A DNA stretch of 20,000 nt from an uncultured virus (IMG/VR IMGVR_UViG_2851255004_000006) (IMGVR_UViG_2851255004_000006), one strand, 5' to 3'; counted from the stretch's first letter, positions 1-8,461 are shown. Notes: generated from the sequence alone by a model not told the origin. Program-made: numbers and translations.

Positions 1-474
1 AGAGCAAGAAAGTGCCTTGGTGCCCTTGTTGGATACCGTGCCGCCTGCCTGTGGGTGGTCGGTATCGAAGAAATACTGACCATCAAAACAGGTGGATTTA
101 AACCCATTATTGATCAGGGCGAAGACGATATCGTCCGGCAGATCAGCCGCCGCACGCCCAGCGCTCTTTGCCTTGAGGGCATACTGACCGGTCTGATCGT
201 CTTCCAGGTCATTACGATCGACCTCAATGGTGGTTTCCCAGTCGTCGTTGGTAATGCTGTATTTAAATGCGGCCAGCGCCTTGACGCACTTCTCTCCAAT
301 CCACTTGCGCATCCGAGGGAAGTCGCTCAACCAGGAGTAATCCTCGGTCTTAGTCCCGGAGGGGACTTTCATGGCAACCTTTTCCCACTGCCCCGGCTCA
401 CGCTTTAAAGCGTCGTTAAACAGCTTTTTCAGGCCGACAAAAAATGTCGTGATGTTCTTTTTATCAATGATCAT
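1..474 (-). CDS. Mu-like major capsid protein gpT, 5' part (runs off the window edge)
   Basis: Not in the ORF track. Manual translation from ATG at 474: MIIDKKNITTFFVGLKKLFNDAL...EDYSWLSDFPRMRKWIG...NDDWETTIEVDRNDLEDDQTG...CFDGQYFFDTDHP. These are typical Mu gpT motifs; SD-like AAGGA upstream; syntenic after the protease. Confidence 0.92.
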   Translation of the reverse strand, partial: MIIDKKNITTFFVGLKKLFNDALKREPGQWEKVAMKVPSGTKTEDYSWLSDFPRMRKWIGEKCVKALAAFKYSITNDDWETTIEVDRNDLEDDQTGQYALKAKSAGRAAADLPDDIVFALINNGFKSTCFDGQYFFDTDHPQAGGTVSNKGTKALSCS

Positions 475-487
475 GCTATGTATGTCC

Positions 488-886
488 TTACCCAATCAGT
501 ACCTGTACGCCGCTATCAGCGGAAACCGTCAGCACACGGCCAACCACTGGCGCGTTACCGCCATCCGTTTTTGAGACAGTCACACTGTCATGCAGGTAGC
601 AGGACTTGCCGACCTCGGCCTGGGTGACAGCGCTGCCGCTGTTATTCTCCAGAAAGACTGCCAGACCTCGGCGTACCATCACCGAGCGTGCGCCCTGAGC
701 ACCACCAGTGTTATCCACGGCTTCATCGCACACACCGATCAGTAAATTCCCGCTCGCCTTCGCGCCAGCAATGGCATAGCCGGCACTGTTAACGCAGACC
801 AGATGGCCCGCATCGATTTTTGCCCCGGCCTCACAGGGCACCGGGAACAACTTCCCGTCGTTAAACGCGGTGTTTCTGTCCATCAT
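488..886 (-). CDS. Small head protein (capsid cement/decoration-like, DUF2190-like)
   Basis: 132 aa, Gly/Val/Ala-rich and beta-like; lies between protease and capsid; ATGA overlap with the protease stop; GGAG SD. Confidence 0.7.
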   Translation of the reverse strand: MMDRNTAFNDGKLFPVPCEAGAKIDAGHLVCVNSAGYAIAGAKASGNLLIGVCDEAVDNTGGAQGARSVMVRRGLAVFLENNSGSAVTQAEVGKSCYLHDSVTVSKTDGGNAPVVGRVLTVSADSGVQVLIG

Positions 887-1500
887 TCCTCTCCCAGCGC
901 TTTGGCCATCTCGTCTGGGGTAATTCCCAGGCTAGAGCAAATCGCCAATTGGGTTGCATCTAACTCATCACTCGCTTTCTGCGATTGATGCGTTGCCTTC
1001 AAATCTGACTGGCTGGATTGCATACTGCTCAGCGCAGCCAGCGGCGTTACGCCCTCCAGATACGTTTTCAGTGCGGCCGGATCTTTACGGCCCAGATCTT
1101 TTGCCCAGCCCTCCATCGCCGGCACCAGACGGCCATCTGAGAGAGCGGCTTGCACCAACCCATCCAGCGCCTGCGTTTCCACATTGGCTTGTACCTGGCT
1201 AAGCTGGGCGCGTAACTGGTTAACCGCCTCAATCGGGACATATTTGGCCGGGTCATAGGCGGCGGCTGATAACGCGGTGATCTGGGCGTTGCAGGTGGCA
1301 ATCACCTGATCTTTGGCCGCCACTTTTTGCGCGACCCACGGCATCAGTCCGAGGCTTGCTGCCGCCATGCCCTGGTTATCGCTCATGGCGGCGATCACCT
1401 TCTCGATCTCGGCCTTGATATCGTCTGCCGTGGCGGTTTCCGGCAGATTGAACATCCACCGTAAATTGGCCAACAGATTCGAGATCTGCTCTTCATCCAT
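883..1500 (-). CDS. Scaffolding protein Z (in-frame internal start within gpI)
   Basis: In-frame ATG at 1500 (MDEEQ) preceded by GGAGG, after a Ser/Thr linker; helical C-terminal region; same arrangement as Mu I/Z. Confidence 0.7.
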   Translation of the reverse strand: MDEEQISNLLANLRWMFNLPETATADDIKAEIEKVIAAMSDNQGMAAASLGLMPWVAQKVAAKDQVIATCNAQITALSAAAYDPAKYVPIEAVNQLRAQLSQVQANVETQALDGLVQAALSDGRLVPAMEGWAKDLGRKDPAALKTYLEGVTPLAALSSMQSSQSDLKATHQSQKASDELDATQLAICSSLGITPDEMAKALGEE

Positions 1501-2031
1501 CGTGTTACCCTCCGATTGGGATGATGTGGTTGATAAGGCCGCCAGACGGGAGAGCGCAGCCACGGCTACCTCGTCCAAATCATCCAGGGCCGGGGTATTG
1601 GTCAACGCGACGTTGACCAGTGCCGTTACCTCGCCGGTCTTCTGGTCATAAAAGAAGACCGGCGAGATATAGCGGTACTCTTTCTTGCGGATCATGTCGG
1701 CGGCGGTATCCGTCCAGCGGATATCCGTGGCGTACAGGCCATCCCCCTCGATCCACTCAAGGCGGGAGAACCACCCCGAGGCGGGGGCGGGCTTGCCGTT
1801 CTCAGCCGCGCGCAGTGTCTGGTGCTCATAGTCAAAGCACAACTCTGTCACGCGGGCGTTGACGGTTTCGATAATGTGGGCAGCAGTGGTCGCCGTCATC
1901 ACCCAGGCCGCACACTCGCGCGGTCGGCCATCCACACCACGAAACTCACCGGCAGGCAAGATACGCAGACGGCTGACCGGCTCGGTGCCAGCGGCAATTT
2001 CAACAGAGAGGGCTGCAAGAATCGTTTTCAT
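883..2031 (-). CDS. Mu-like prohead protease gpI
   Basis: PAGEFRGVDGRP, FDYEHQTL, PAPASGW, EYRYISPVF and VALTNTPAL are Mu gpI motifs. Probable start is MKTIL at 2031 rather than 2088. Confidence 0.93.
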   Translation of the reverse strand: MKTILAALSVEIAAGTEPVSRLRILPAGEFRGVDGRPRECAAWVMTATTAAHIIETVNARVTELCFDYEHQTLRAAENGKPAPASGWFSRLEWIEGDGLYATDIRWTDTAADMIRKKEYRYISPVFFYDQKTGEVTALVNVALTNTPALDDLDEVAVAALSRLAALSTTSSQSEGNTMDEEQISNLLANLRWMFNLPETATADDIKAEIEKVIAAMSDNQGMAAASLGLMPWVAQKVAAKDQVIATCNAQITALSAAAYDPAKYVPIEAVNQLRAQLSQVQANVETQALDGLVQAALSDGRLVPAMEGWAKDLGRKDPAALKTYLEGVTPLAALSSMQSSQSDLKATHQSQKASDELDATQLAICSSLGITPDEMAKALGEE

Positions 2032-2035
2032 GCTG

Positions 2036-2082
2036 CCAGTGTATCGAGGGGGGATTGCGGTAAATGACTGATAGAGTTCAGC
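2036..2082 (-). promoter_or_regulatory. Late promoter (PI-like): CTGA-N6-TCAG activator site plus -10 TACACT
   Basis: 33/47 ungapped identity with 10818-10864; no recognisable -35; directly upstream of the protease gene. Confidence 0.75.
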
Positions 2083-2089
2083 AGGCAAT

Positions 2090-2245
2090 TACGGGGAAAA
2101 TGTGATAACGCCGGGCGGCAGTGGAGGCAAGACGCTCAGGAAGGCATTTAAAACCCGTTTAAATTTTTTTGAAAGGGTATCACCCATGCGATGACACCCC
2201 CAAGCATAAAAACGCCGTAGAATGGATTACAGCGCGTTTTAGCTG
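2090..2245. other. G-I intergenic region, probable strong gyrase site (SGS) equivalent
   Basis: Same position as the Mu SGS; contains ATTTAAA-ACCCG-TTTAAAT (2146-2164), A/T tracts and GCGCGTTTT. Confidence 0.5.
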
Positions 2246-2787
2246 CCATTCTCCATCAAGCCCCGCAAGTAGGTCTGTGCGGTCTCCTCCAGCGTCGAGA
2301 TATCCTCATCAGCCAATTGCAGGAACGGGCGGGCTGGCATCTCGATTGTATAAGCTGGCAGGGTGTGCCATTCGCTGTAGTTGCTGCGTGACTTGCGTAC
2401 AAAACGATGACCGACTGTACCATCCTTACGTTGCCGATAGTAGGCACGCTGGCTTCGCGCAGGGATGTTAATGGTGCCACCGAGTTGATGGATGGCTGCA
2501 TAGGCTACGTTAGTCCCAACACGCGCTTTATCGTTATCTGCATCCGGGGAGATACTCGCCGCCAGGCGGCCGTTACGTTGCAGGATTTGCCCCGGCCCGC
2601 GCCTGGCCGCATAGGCGGGACTCCAACCCGCCCAGGCGGGACGCCCCTGGCGCTTAAAGTTTTCCTCTACGGCATCCCACATATCCCCCGCCAGTGCCTG
2701 CATCAAGGGCTGACGGTTTTTAATGCCGTGTAAAAGCCGATGTAAATGGCGTTCAATCCCCTGGGTATCAATCGTGATTGTCAGCAT
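2239..2787 (-). CDS. Virion morphogenesis protein (Mu gpG family)
   Basis: ENFKRQGRPAW, ILQRNGRLAASI, VGTNVAYAAIHQLGG and MPARPFL motifs. Confidence 0.92.
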   Translation of the reverse strand: MLTITIDTQGIERHLHRLLHGIKNRQPLMQALAGDMWDAVEENFKRQGRPAWAGWSPAYAARRGPGQILQRNGRLAASISPDADNDKARVGTNVAYAAIHQLGGTINIPARSQRAYYRQRKDGTVGHRFVRKSRSNYSEWHTLPAYTIEMPARPFLQLADEDISTLEETAQTYLRGLMENGS

Positions 2788-3953
2788 TACCCCTCCGGTA
2801 ACAGTGCATCCAGCACATCACCATGCGCCAGGGTCAGCAGCTCGCCGGCGCGCACCTGAGCCACCCACCATTCGCCGCGCCGCTCCAGGCAATACCAAAC
2901 TGTGCCATCGCGCGCTACTGTTTTGGCCGGATGCTGGATCGCCTGCTGGGCCAGTAAAAACATCGCGGGTGTAACCGGCTCGTCTGCGGTGGCCATCGTT
3001 GTCAGGGTGCTGCCCCGGACTTGGACAACACGGCTACCCTCGGCAGGCTGCGCCAGCATGGCAACCGGGTAACGCTGTTCACTGTCCAGGGCACCTGCCT
3101 GGGCCAGGGCATACCCGCGCACAAAGTCGGGGCCGGTCAGTGTTGCGGTAATGTATTGCCGGGCAGCGGGTGTCGCGTACCTGTCCAGCTCCGGTTGCCA
3201 GGCAACTTTACCCGGATTGATACCAAACCCCGGATCAGCGGCATACACTGCGCCCGTCATGGGGTTAATCATTGCCGGCACCTTGCGGGTTTCTCCCGGT
3301 ATCCCAAACTCCTGATCGATCTCGATAACGTCCGGGTGGTAAACCGTCAACCCCTGTTTTTCCACTTCCGCTGCTGAGCGGGCACGCACACGGCACCGGC
3401 AACCGTAGGCATCAGGTGGGTAGAGGAAGCCCCACACCGGGCTATCGATAGGCGCGATAAACCCATTAAGGCCAGCATGTACCGGGCGTGTGTGACTATC
3501 CATTACCGCCACACGCTCCAGATACGGACGGCTGGCCGCGTTGGCCATCTGTTCCCGGTAGCGCCCCGCATTGTAGGCCGACTGCATATTGGTGCGAAAA
3601 ATGGTGTCCAGTCGGCGCGGCATCAGCCGCTTGCCCTGGAGTTCTCCCGTGGTCTCATCGATCACCACCCCTTTCCCCAGCCATCCCTTACGCTCCAGAA
3701 TGGGGAGTATCTGGCGATTGAAGTCCGTCTGCGTGTCCCCCTCCTGGAGGGCTTTTTGTAGGCCATCGCGCATATCTTTCAGAATATCCAGCTTCATCAC
3801 GCCAGCGATGGTGAATGCTTTCGCCTGGGCCTCGGCGTATACGTCGTACCAGTGCAGTCCGATGGCATACCCCTTGGACTCGAAATAGGCCACCGCTTCG
3901 GCGGGGGCGAGCTGGAGGGCGTAGGCCAGCTCTACCTTCTCAGGTGTTGGCAT
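2787..3953 (-). CDS. Minor head protein (Mu gpF family)
   Basis: AFTIAGV, RRLDTIFRTNMQSAYNAGRY, AVMDSHTRPVH, PPDAYGCRCRV and DPGFGINPG; follows the portal. Confidence 0.93.
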   Translation of the reverse strand: MPTPEKVELAYALQLAPAEAVAYFESKGYAIGLHWYDVYAEAQAKAFTIAGVMKLDILKDMRDGLQKALQEGDTQTDFNRQILPILERKGWLGKGVVIDETTGELQGKRLMPRRLDTIFRTNMQSAYNAGRYREQMANAASRPYLERVAVMDSHTRPVHAGLNGFIAPIDSPVWGFLYPPDAYGCRCRVRARSAAEVEKQGLTVYHPDVIEIDQEFGIPGETRKVPAMINPMTGAVYAADPGFGINPGKVAWQPELDRYATPAARQYITATLTGPDFVRGYALAQAGALDSEQRYPVAMLAQPAEGSRVVQVRGSTLTTMATADEPVTPAMFLLAQQAIQHPAKTVARDGTVWYCLERRGEWWVAQVRAGELLTLAHGDVLDALLPEG

Positions 3954-5526
3954 GGAGCTGCCCCCACAGGTCGGTCACAAAAATAGCCTGCGTCAGGAGG
4001 GCGCGCAGTTGGGTATCATCCAACTGCGGATAGCCCTCGGCCAGGATATTCATCGCATCATCAGCGCTCTTCCCCTGGCGCAGGGCGGCAATCATCGGGG
4101 CCAGTAGCTGGTTCATGGCATCTCCCACCGCATCAGACAGGGGTGGCATGGTATCGATCGCCTGTTGGCCGGGGTCGCTCTCTGGCACCTCTTCCGTTTG
4201 GGATAGGGCGGCGAGGCCCACACCAGGGCTAACGGGGTAAGCCTGGCGTAAGTTGGCTAGCCCACTGCCACTGGTGCGCGGCTGGAGCACCGCTTCACCC
4301 TCCTGGGGTTGCGGAATACCGCCCTCGCGGTGAACCCAACTGACGGGGATGGTATCCATGCCAGCGTTAACCAACGTTGATACAGCCGTGGCAAACTGGC
4401 CTAAATCGGCTTTTTTGCGAGTATCAAAGACCAGGCGCGGCTGGCGGTGTAGCGGGATATCGCCGAAACCGTTAAGCGCCAGCATCATCTGGATAAGTGA
4501 CCGGAACATGCCCTCCATCTGCCGGGCGTCAGCGGCTAACAGGTCGTGGCGCACCTCGTTATGCACCGTACCGAGGGCATTGGTTGAGGTCTTGCCATCG
4601 GCCTGTGTCGTCAGCGTACCACCGAGGATAGCCTTGGACTCGGTGCGTTCGGCCCAATCGATCATCGCCATAAAGGCATCACTGCCGCCGGTGGCCGCGC
4701 TCTCAAACTTGATCTCATTCCCCATTGGCACGGTGGCCACAGCATCATGCCCCAGGCGCACCAGGTTCATCAGCAACTGATCGCGATCGTCATCCGAGGT
4801 GCCCGGTGCATAGTAGGCGATACGTGCCGGCAGGCCGTAAATCTCCAGGAACTCGGCCAGGTCTCGCACGGCGAAGTTTTTAAACAGATACGGCCAGACC
4901 AGCACGCGAAACAGGCCACTGGAGCCAATAAACCCGCTTCGGGCGTTGGCCCGATGTATCAGCCAACCGAACGGCCACAGGGCATCCCCGTCCGGGTTGG
5001 TGCTATTCAGGCGCAGCTCATCGCCTTTTTCCGGCAAGGAGTTAAACCAATGATGCGGGCGTAAATGGAGGTATTGCGGGATAAGCACCTTTTCTACTGT
5101 GGCCCACTGGATCTCCTGGCAACTGAAGCCATGGCCGATGGCCGTCGCGCCATTTAGGATCACATCCTCCAATTCCATAATGCCACTAAACCACTCTTTC
5201 ATAGCGGCGGTGGCGTTCTTCTCGACGCTGCTGGCGTTCTCCGGTGGCTCGATAGTGCGCTCAAGCGTTAACAGGGCATTTTTACGCTTCTCCATCTCGG
5301 CAAAAACATGACCATCACGCTCGAGCATATCTTCGAAAAAGCTGGCCTGCGCGCTAAGCATCCCCAGCTCGGCCTGTTGCAGAATACGGGGCAGCTTTTT
5401 GATGGTCATGCCCTTGGAGAGATGATCCGGGTAGCGTTGCACCGTCCCGGCCATCTGGATGGTCTGACGGGTTTTTAATGCATCTTTTTTGAGTGGATTA
5501 CCAAACTGGTCAACAATCTGTGGCAT
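3940..5526 (-). CDS. Portal protein (Mu gp29/DUF935 family)
   Basis: IVDQFGNP, FFEDMLERDGH, WPYLFKN, FLEIYGLP, SKAILGGTLT and ALGTVHNEVRHDL; start MPQIV at 5526 has a GAGGA SD. Confidence 0.95.
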   Translation of the reverse strand: MPQIVDQFGNPLKKDALKTRQTIQMAGTVQRYPDHLSKGMTIKKLPRILQQAELGMLSAQASFFEDMLERDGHVFAEMEKRKNALLTLERTIEPPENASSVEKNATAAMKEWFSGIMELEDVILNGATAIGHGFSCQEIQWATVEKVLIPQYLHLRPHHWFNSLPEKGDELRLNSTNPDGDALWPFGWLIHRANARSGFIGSSGLFRVLVWPYLFKNFAVRDLAEFLEIYGLPARIAYYAPGTSDDDRDQLLMNLVRLGHDAVATVPMGNEIKFESAATGGSDAFMAMIDWAERTESKAILGGTLTTQADGKTSTNALGTVHNEVRHDLLAADARQMEGMFRSLIQMMLALNGFGDIPLHRQPRLVFDTRKKADLGQFATAVSTLVNAGMDTIPVSWVHREGGIPQPQEGEAVLQPRTSGSGLANLRQAYPVSPGVGLAALSQTEEVPESDPGQQAIDTMPPLSDAVGDAMNQLLAPMIAALRQGKSADDAMNILAEGYPQLDDTQLRALLTQAIFVTDLWGQLHANT

Positions 5527-5533
5527 AACGTCC

Positions 5534-7180
5534 TCACCAGGCACCGCCGCCTAAGCGCGCGCCGTCGTAACTGTGTCGTGATCGGGTGTGAATTTGGGTG
5601 GAGCTGGCGCGAGAGACGGCCAACGACCACAGCATATGCAGGGCATCCGGGCCATCATCGTGATCGGCCATGGGGAAATGGCGCAACTGATCAAGCAAAG
5701 TGGGCTGGGTTTCCTGATTAAAACGGATCAGGCCATTGGCGATATGGGGCTGTAGAGACTCGATGCGCAGTAGCTTATCCGATGAGGGGATCACCGGGAT
5801 AGCCGGCACCGGCACCCCCAATTGCGCCGAGCGCTTGACCAGCTCAGTGCGCAAAAACTCCTGGAACTGCACGGCCTCAAACGACCAGGCCAGGCACCCA
5901 AAACGGCGTTGATACTCAATAACATCTGAGATGATCTTGTCCGGCAGCCGGCGGCGGATATCGGCGACCACTACATCCAGGATACCGGTAAAGCGGTTGA
6001 AGCCCCCGACCAAGATGGCGGACGGGTCGCGGCGGTTGTTGCCGAACTTACCCAGGCTGGGGTCGCAGGCACCATAGAATACCCACTCCCGCACTTCCTC
6101 TTTCCAAAACTTGAGCACGCCGGGCGCGGCAAAAATGGCATCCTCACCACTGACTGGATCATTCTGGTATTCCGAGTCAAAGGTACCATGGCCATCACGC
6201 ACACGGATCTTCATCAGTGCCAACAAGGGGCGCGCCGCCCAGGATACCACCGCGCCCTCTAACATATCCGCCTCATGCTCGCGGTAGAACTGATCTGCCG
6301 CCTCGGGCTGCTGGTTGCGTAGTTGCTCCTCCCAACGATCCCACAGCGACATGTTCACCGGCCAACGGATAATGGCCTTGAAGCGCGCCGCGCGCCATAG
6401 GGGGTTATTGAGTGTGCGAGAGAGCACGGAGTCATAGTGCAGGATGGTGCCGATGTAGATCACATCGGTTTTGCCGCCGGCTTCCCCGAGAGGCAAGACT
6501 GTTTTTTTCAGCCAGCTATCCAGCTTGTCGCGTTGCTCCGGGCTACGCACGTTCTCGTCGTTTTCGATATCATCCAGGAGAATGAGATCGGGACGGTAAG
6601 GGCCATGACGCAAGCCACGGAGCTTTTTACCTGAGCCGGCGACGGTGATTTTGACGTTATTGGCGGTGACAACCGTCCCCATCTGCCACACGCGCCCCTG
6701 ACCACAAACAGCCGGGAAATCGTGTTTTAAACGCGGGTTAAAGGTCAGCTCAGCCTTGATGGCTTCCAGCATCGGATACGCCTGATCGATACTGTCCATA
6801 ATGATGACCGGATAGTGTTTAATCCCCCGGATAACACACCATAGGGTAAACAACTGCGTGACCAGGGTTGATTTAGCCTCACCGCGTGGAGCGGCGATCG
6901 CGTCGTTCTCGGCAACAGAGCTGGCGACAACCTGCGGCAAGCGCTGAAACAGGTAGTGATGCAACTGGCTGCGCTCCGCGTTGCGGATATAGTGCGGAAA
7001 GTAGGTGGCAACAAAGAAGTCATAGCCCGATACCGGATCGGCAACCTGGCGACGGCGTTCGGCGCAGGCGGCAGGGTCAACGTCGAACCCCAGGCACTCC
7101 GCCTCGATCGTCTGGCGCAGGTTGGCCACGTACTCCTGCAACTCGGCCAGCAGGTTTTTTTTGCTGTGTTTTTTCGCCAT
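5534..7180 (-). CDS. terL: Terminase large subunit (Mu gp28-like)
   Basis: Walker A APRGEAKS, LRGLRHGPYRPDLILLDDIE (Walker B), nuclease motifs CDPSLG and HDDGPDAL. Confidence 0.95.
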   Translation of the reverse strand: MAKKHSKKNLLAELQEYVANLRQTIEAECLGFDVDPAACAERRRQVADPVSGYDFFVATYFPHYIRNAERSQLHHYLFQRLPQVVASSVAENDAIAAPRGEAKSTLVTQLFTLWCVIRGIKHYPVIIMDSIDQAYPMLEAIKAELTFNPRLKHDFPAVCGQGRVWQMGTVVTANNVKITVAGSGKKLRGLRHGPYRPDLILLDDIENDENVRSPEQRDKLDSWLKKTVLPLGEAGGKTDVIYIGTILHYDSVLSRTLNNPLWRAARFKAIIRWPVNMSLWDRWEEQLRNQQPEAADQFYREHEADMLEGAVVSWAARPLLALMKIRVRDGHGTFDSEYQNDPVSGEDAIFAAPGVLKFWKEEVREWVFYGACDPSLGKFGNNRRDPSAILVGGFNRFTGILDVVVADIRRRLPDKIISDVIEYQRRFGCLAWSFEAVQFQEFLRTELVKRSAQLGVPVPAIPVIPSSDKLLRIESLQPHIANGLIRFNQETQPTLLDQLRHFPMADHDDGPDALHMLWSLAVSRASSTQIHTRSRHSYDGARLGGGAW

Positions 7181-7209
7181 AGATACCGCCGTTCAAAATG
7201 GATGCCGGG

Positions 7210-7239
7210 TTTAACCGCCCGGCGCGGGTGTGGTACGAT
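7210..7239 (+). promoter_or_regulatory. Putative sigma70 promoter for the inverted moron
   Basis: TTTAAC-18 nt-TACGAT, with an extended -10 context (TGTGG-TACGAT), about 100 nt upstream of the ATG at 7342. Confidence 0.5.
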
Positions 7240-7341
7240 TGCCGCGCCTGCAAACCTTGGCCGGGAGCCAGGCACGACAGCCTACGAACCTGGATCGCGC
7301 ATACGTTGTGCGCGGTGTTAATTCGTATCGAAGGAGTCACT

Positions 7342-7809
7342 ATGTCCCCGGCTACCCCCTCATCTGAAACCTTGTTTACGCTGTATTACTGCTACTACAT
7401 TGAAATCCTGAATAACACGCTGTTCCGCCATTTGGCCCATCTCATCGGCGCAAGCCAGATGCTGATTGCGGCCCTGCTGATGATGCAGCTTGTCCCTATG
7501 CAGTGGGGCGGCTTTTTCCTTGCCATGCTCATCCTGATGCAATTGTTCTACCGACCGACAGGGCGCAGCGCGCAGGCGGCTATTCAGGCCAGCAGATACT
7601 TTGATGTATTACATATGCCACCGTCCTTAACCGATGATGAGCTGCACCAGCGCCTCCAAGTAATCGCGCAAAATGACAGCCCGGCGTCACGCCGCGTCTG
7701 TGATCTCGCCTATAACTGTGCAGCCATTGCCACAGGTGCTAAACCTGATCCGCTAACAGGGTGGATTACGCGCCTGTTAGGGCGATTAACGTCTACCCCT
7801 CTGGCATAA
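7342..7809 (+). CDS. Two-transmembrane protein (155 aa), moron; architecture resembles SLATT-type 2TM proteins
   Basis: Strong SD AAGGAG before ATG 7342; two adjacent hydrophobic segments (LIGASQMLIAALLMMQLV, WGGFFLAMLILMQLFY) followed by a helical tail; opposite strand to the phage genes. Confidence 0.75.
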   Translation: MSPATPSSETLFTLYYCYYIEILNNTLFRHLAHLIGASQMLIAALLMMQLVPMQWGGFFLAMLILMQLFYRPTGRSAQAAIQASRYFDVLHMPPSLTDDELHQRLQVIAQNDSPASRRVCDLAYNCAAIATGAKPDPLTGWITRLLGRLTSTPLA

Positions 7810-7819
7810 CCCACCTGTT

Positions 7820-7855
7820 AACGGCCTCCCATACATGGAGGTCGTTTACTTTTCT
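7820..7855 (+). terminator. Intrinsic terminator-like hairpin after the 2TM gene
   Basis: AACGGCCTCC-catacat-GGAGGTCGTT (10-bp stem with one G-U on the + strand) followed by TACTTTTCT. Confidence 0.6.
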
Positions 7856-7893
7856 CGGTACGCCATGATGCGCTCGCGCGCGAAAAAGACGCG

Positions 7894-8196
7894 ATGGAAA
7901 AAGAACTGATACAACTTAAACGCCACCTTTATGACGCAGAACGCTACGAGCTTTTCAAGCTGCCGGCTGGAAGCATAGTATTTCGGATGAAGCCAAACGA
8001 GAATGCCATTGACCCCTCGCATTACTGGTGCGCAGATTGCTACCACAAGCAAATCAAATCGATACTTCAACCATGGACGCCACAGAACAGCCATACCACC
8101 CTCCACTGCAATACATGCGGGGCAACGCTATTAAACGAACGCATCCCCATGACCATGGCCGTCGCCTATAACCCCAACAAGCGCGGCGCATTTTGA
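7894..8196 (+). CDS. Zn-ribbon protein (CxxC...CxxC), possibly 5'-truncated
   Basis: HYWCADCY...KSILQ...HCNTC; the frame stays open upstream to 7822 with a coiled-coil-like run; weak SD. Confidence 0.55.
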   Translation: MEKELIQLKRHLYDAERYELFKLPAGSIVFRMKPNENAIDPSHYWCADCYHKQIKSILQPWTPQNSHTTLHCNTCGATLLNERIPMTMAVAYNPNKRGAF

Positions 8197-8208
8197 TACT
8201 CGCCCTGT

Positions 8209-8226
8209 GCGGCCCATCGGGGCCGC
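8209..8226. other. GC-rich hairpin between convergent ORFs
   Basis: GCGGCCC-atcg-GGGCCGC; no clear U-tract on either strand. Confidence 0.45.
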
Positions 8227-8233
8227 CTCTTCA

Positions 8234-8458
8234 TCACTCCAGTTCAATTACCGGGCTATCCGGCAGGGTTTCACTGTAGGCAATCAACCCGCTATAGGCG
8301 GGGATTTTCTCGCCCTCGCTAGACTCAAATGCTGGCACCTGACCACGACAAATGACGTACGGCGTCTCAATGTTGAGCGTTCCCGGCACGGTGACGCTCA
8401 GCCCAACTGACGAGGCCATGTTTTTGATTTGCTCTACGGTTAAAACAATACGCTCCAC
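8234..8458 (-). CDS. Hypothetical protein (74 aa)
   Basis: GTG start with AAGGAG SD, 3 nt after the previous stop; co-oriented with the late operon. Confidence 0.7.
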   Translation of the reverse strand: MERIVLTVEQIKNMASSVGLSVTVPGTLNIETPYVICRGQVPAFESSEGEKIPAYSGLIAYSETLPDSPVIELE

Positions 8459-8461
8459 GCT

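Noticed and set aside
55..574. + strand ORFs at the window start
   Set aside because: Shadows of the minus-strand major capsid and head genes.
7240..7340. Possible c4-like antisense RNA, riboswitch or leader peptide in the moron leader
   Set aside because: Only short hairpins are visible; no recognisable family consensus and no canonical start for a peptide.
7198..7341. 48-codon N-terminal extension of the 2TM ORF
   Set aside because: Overlaps the promoter-like element; the strong SD points to ATG 7342.
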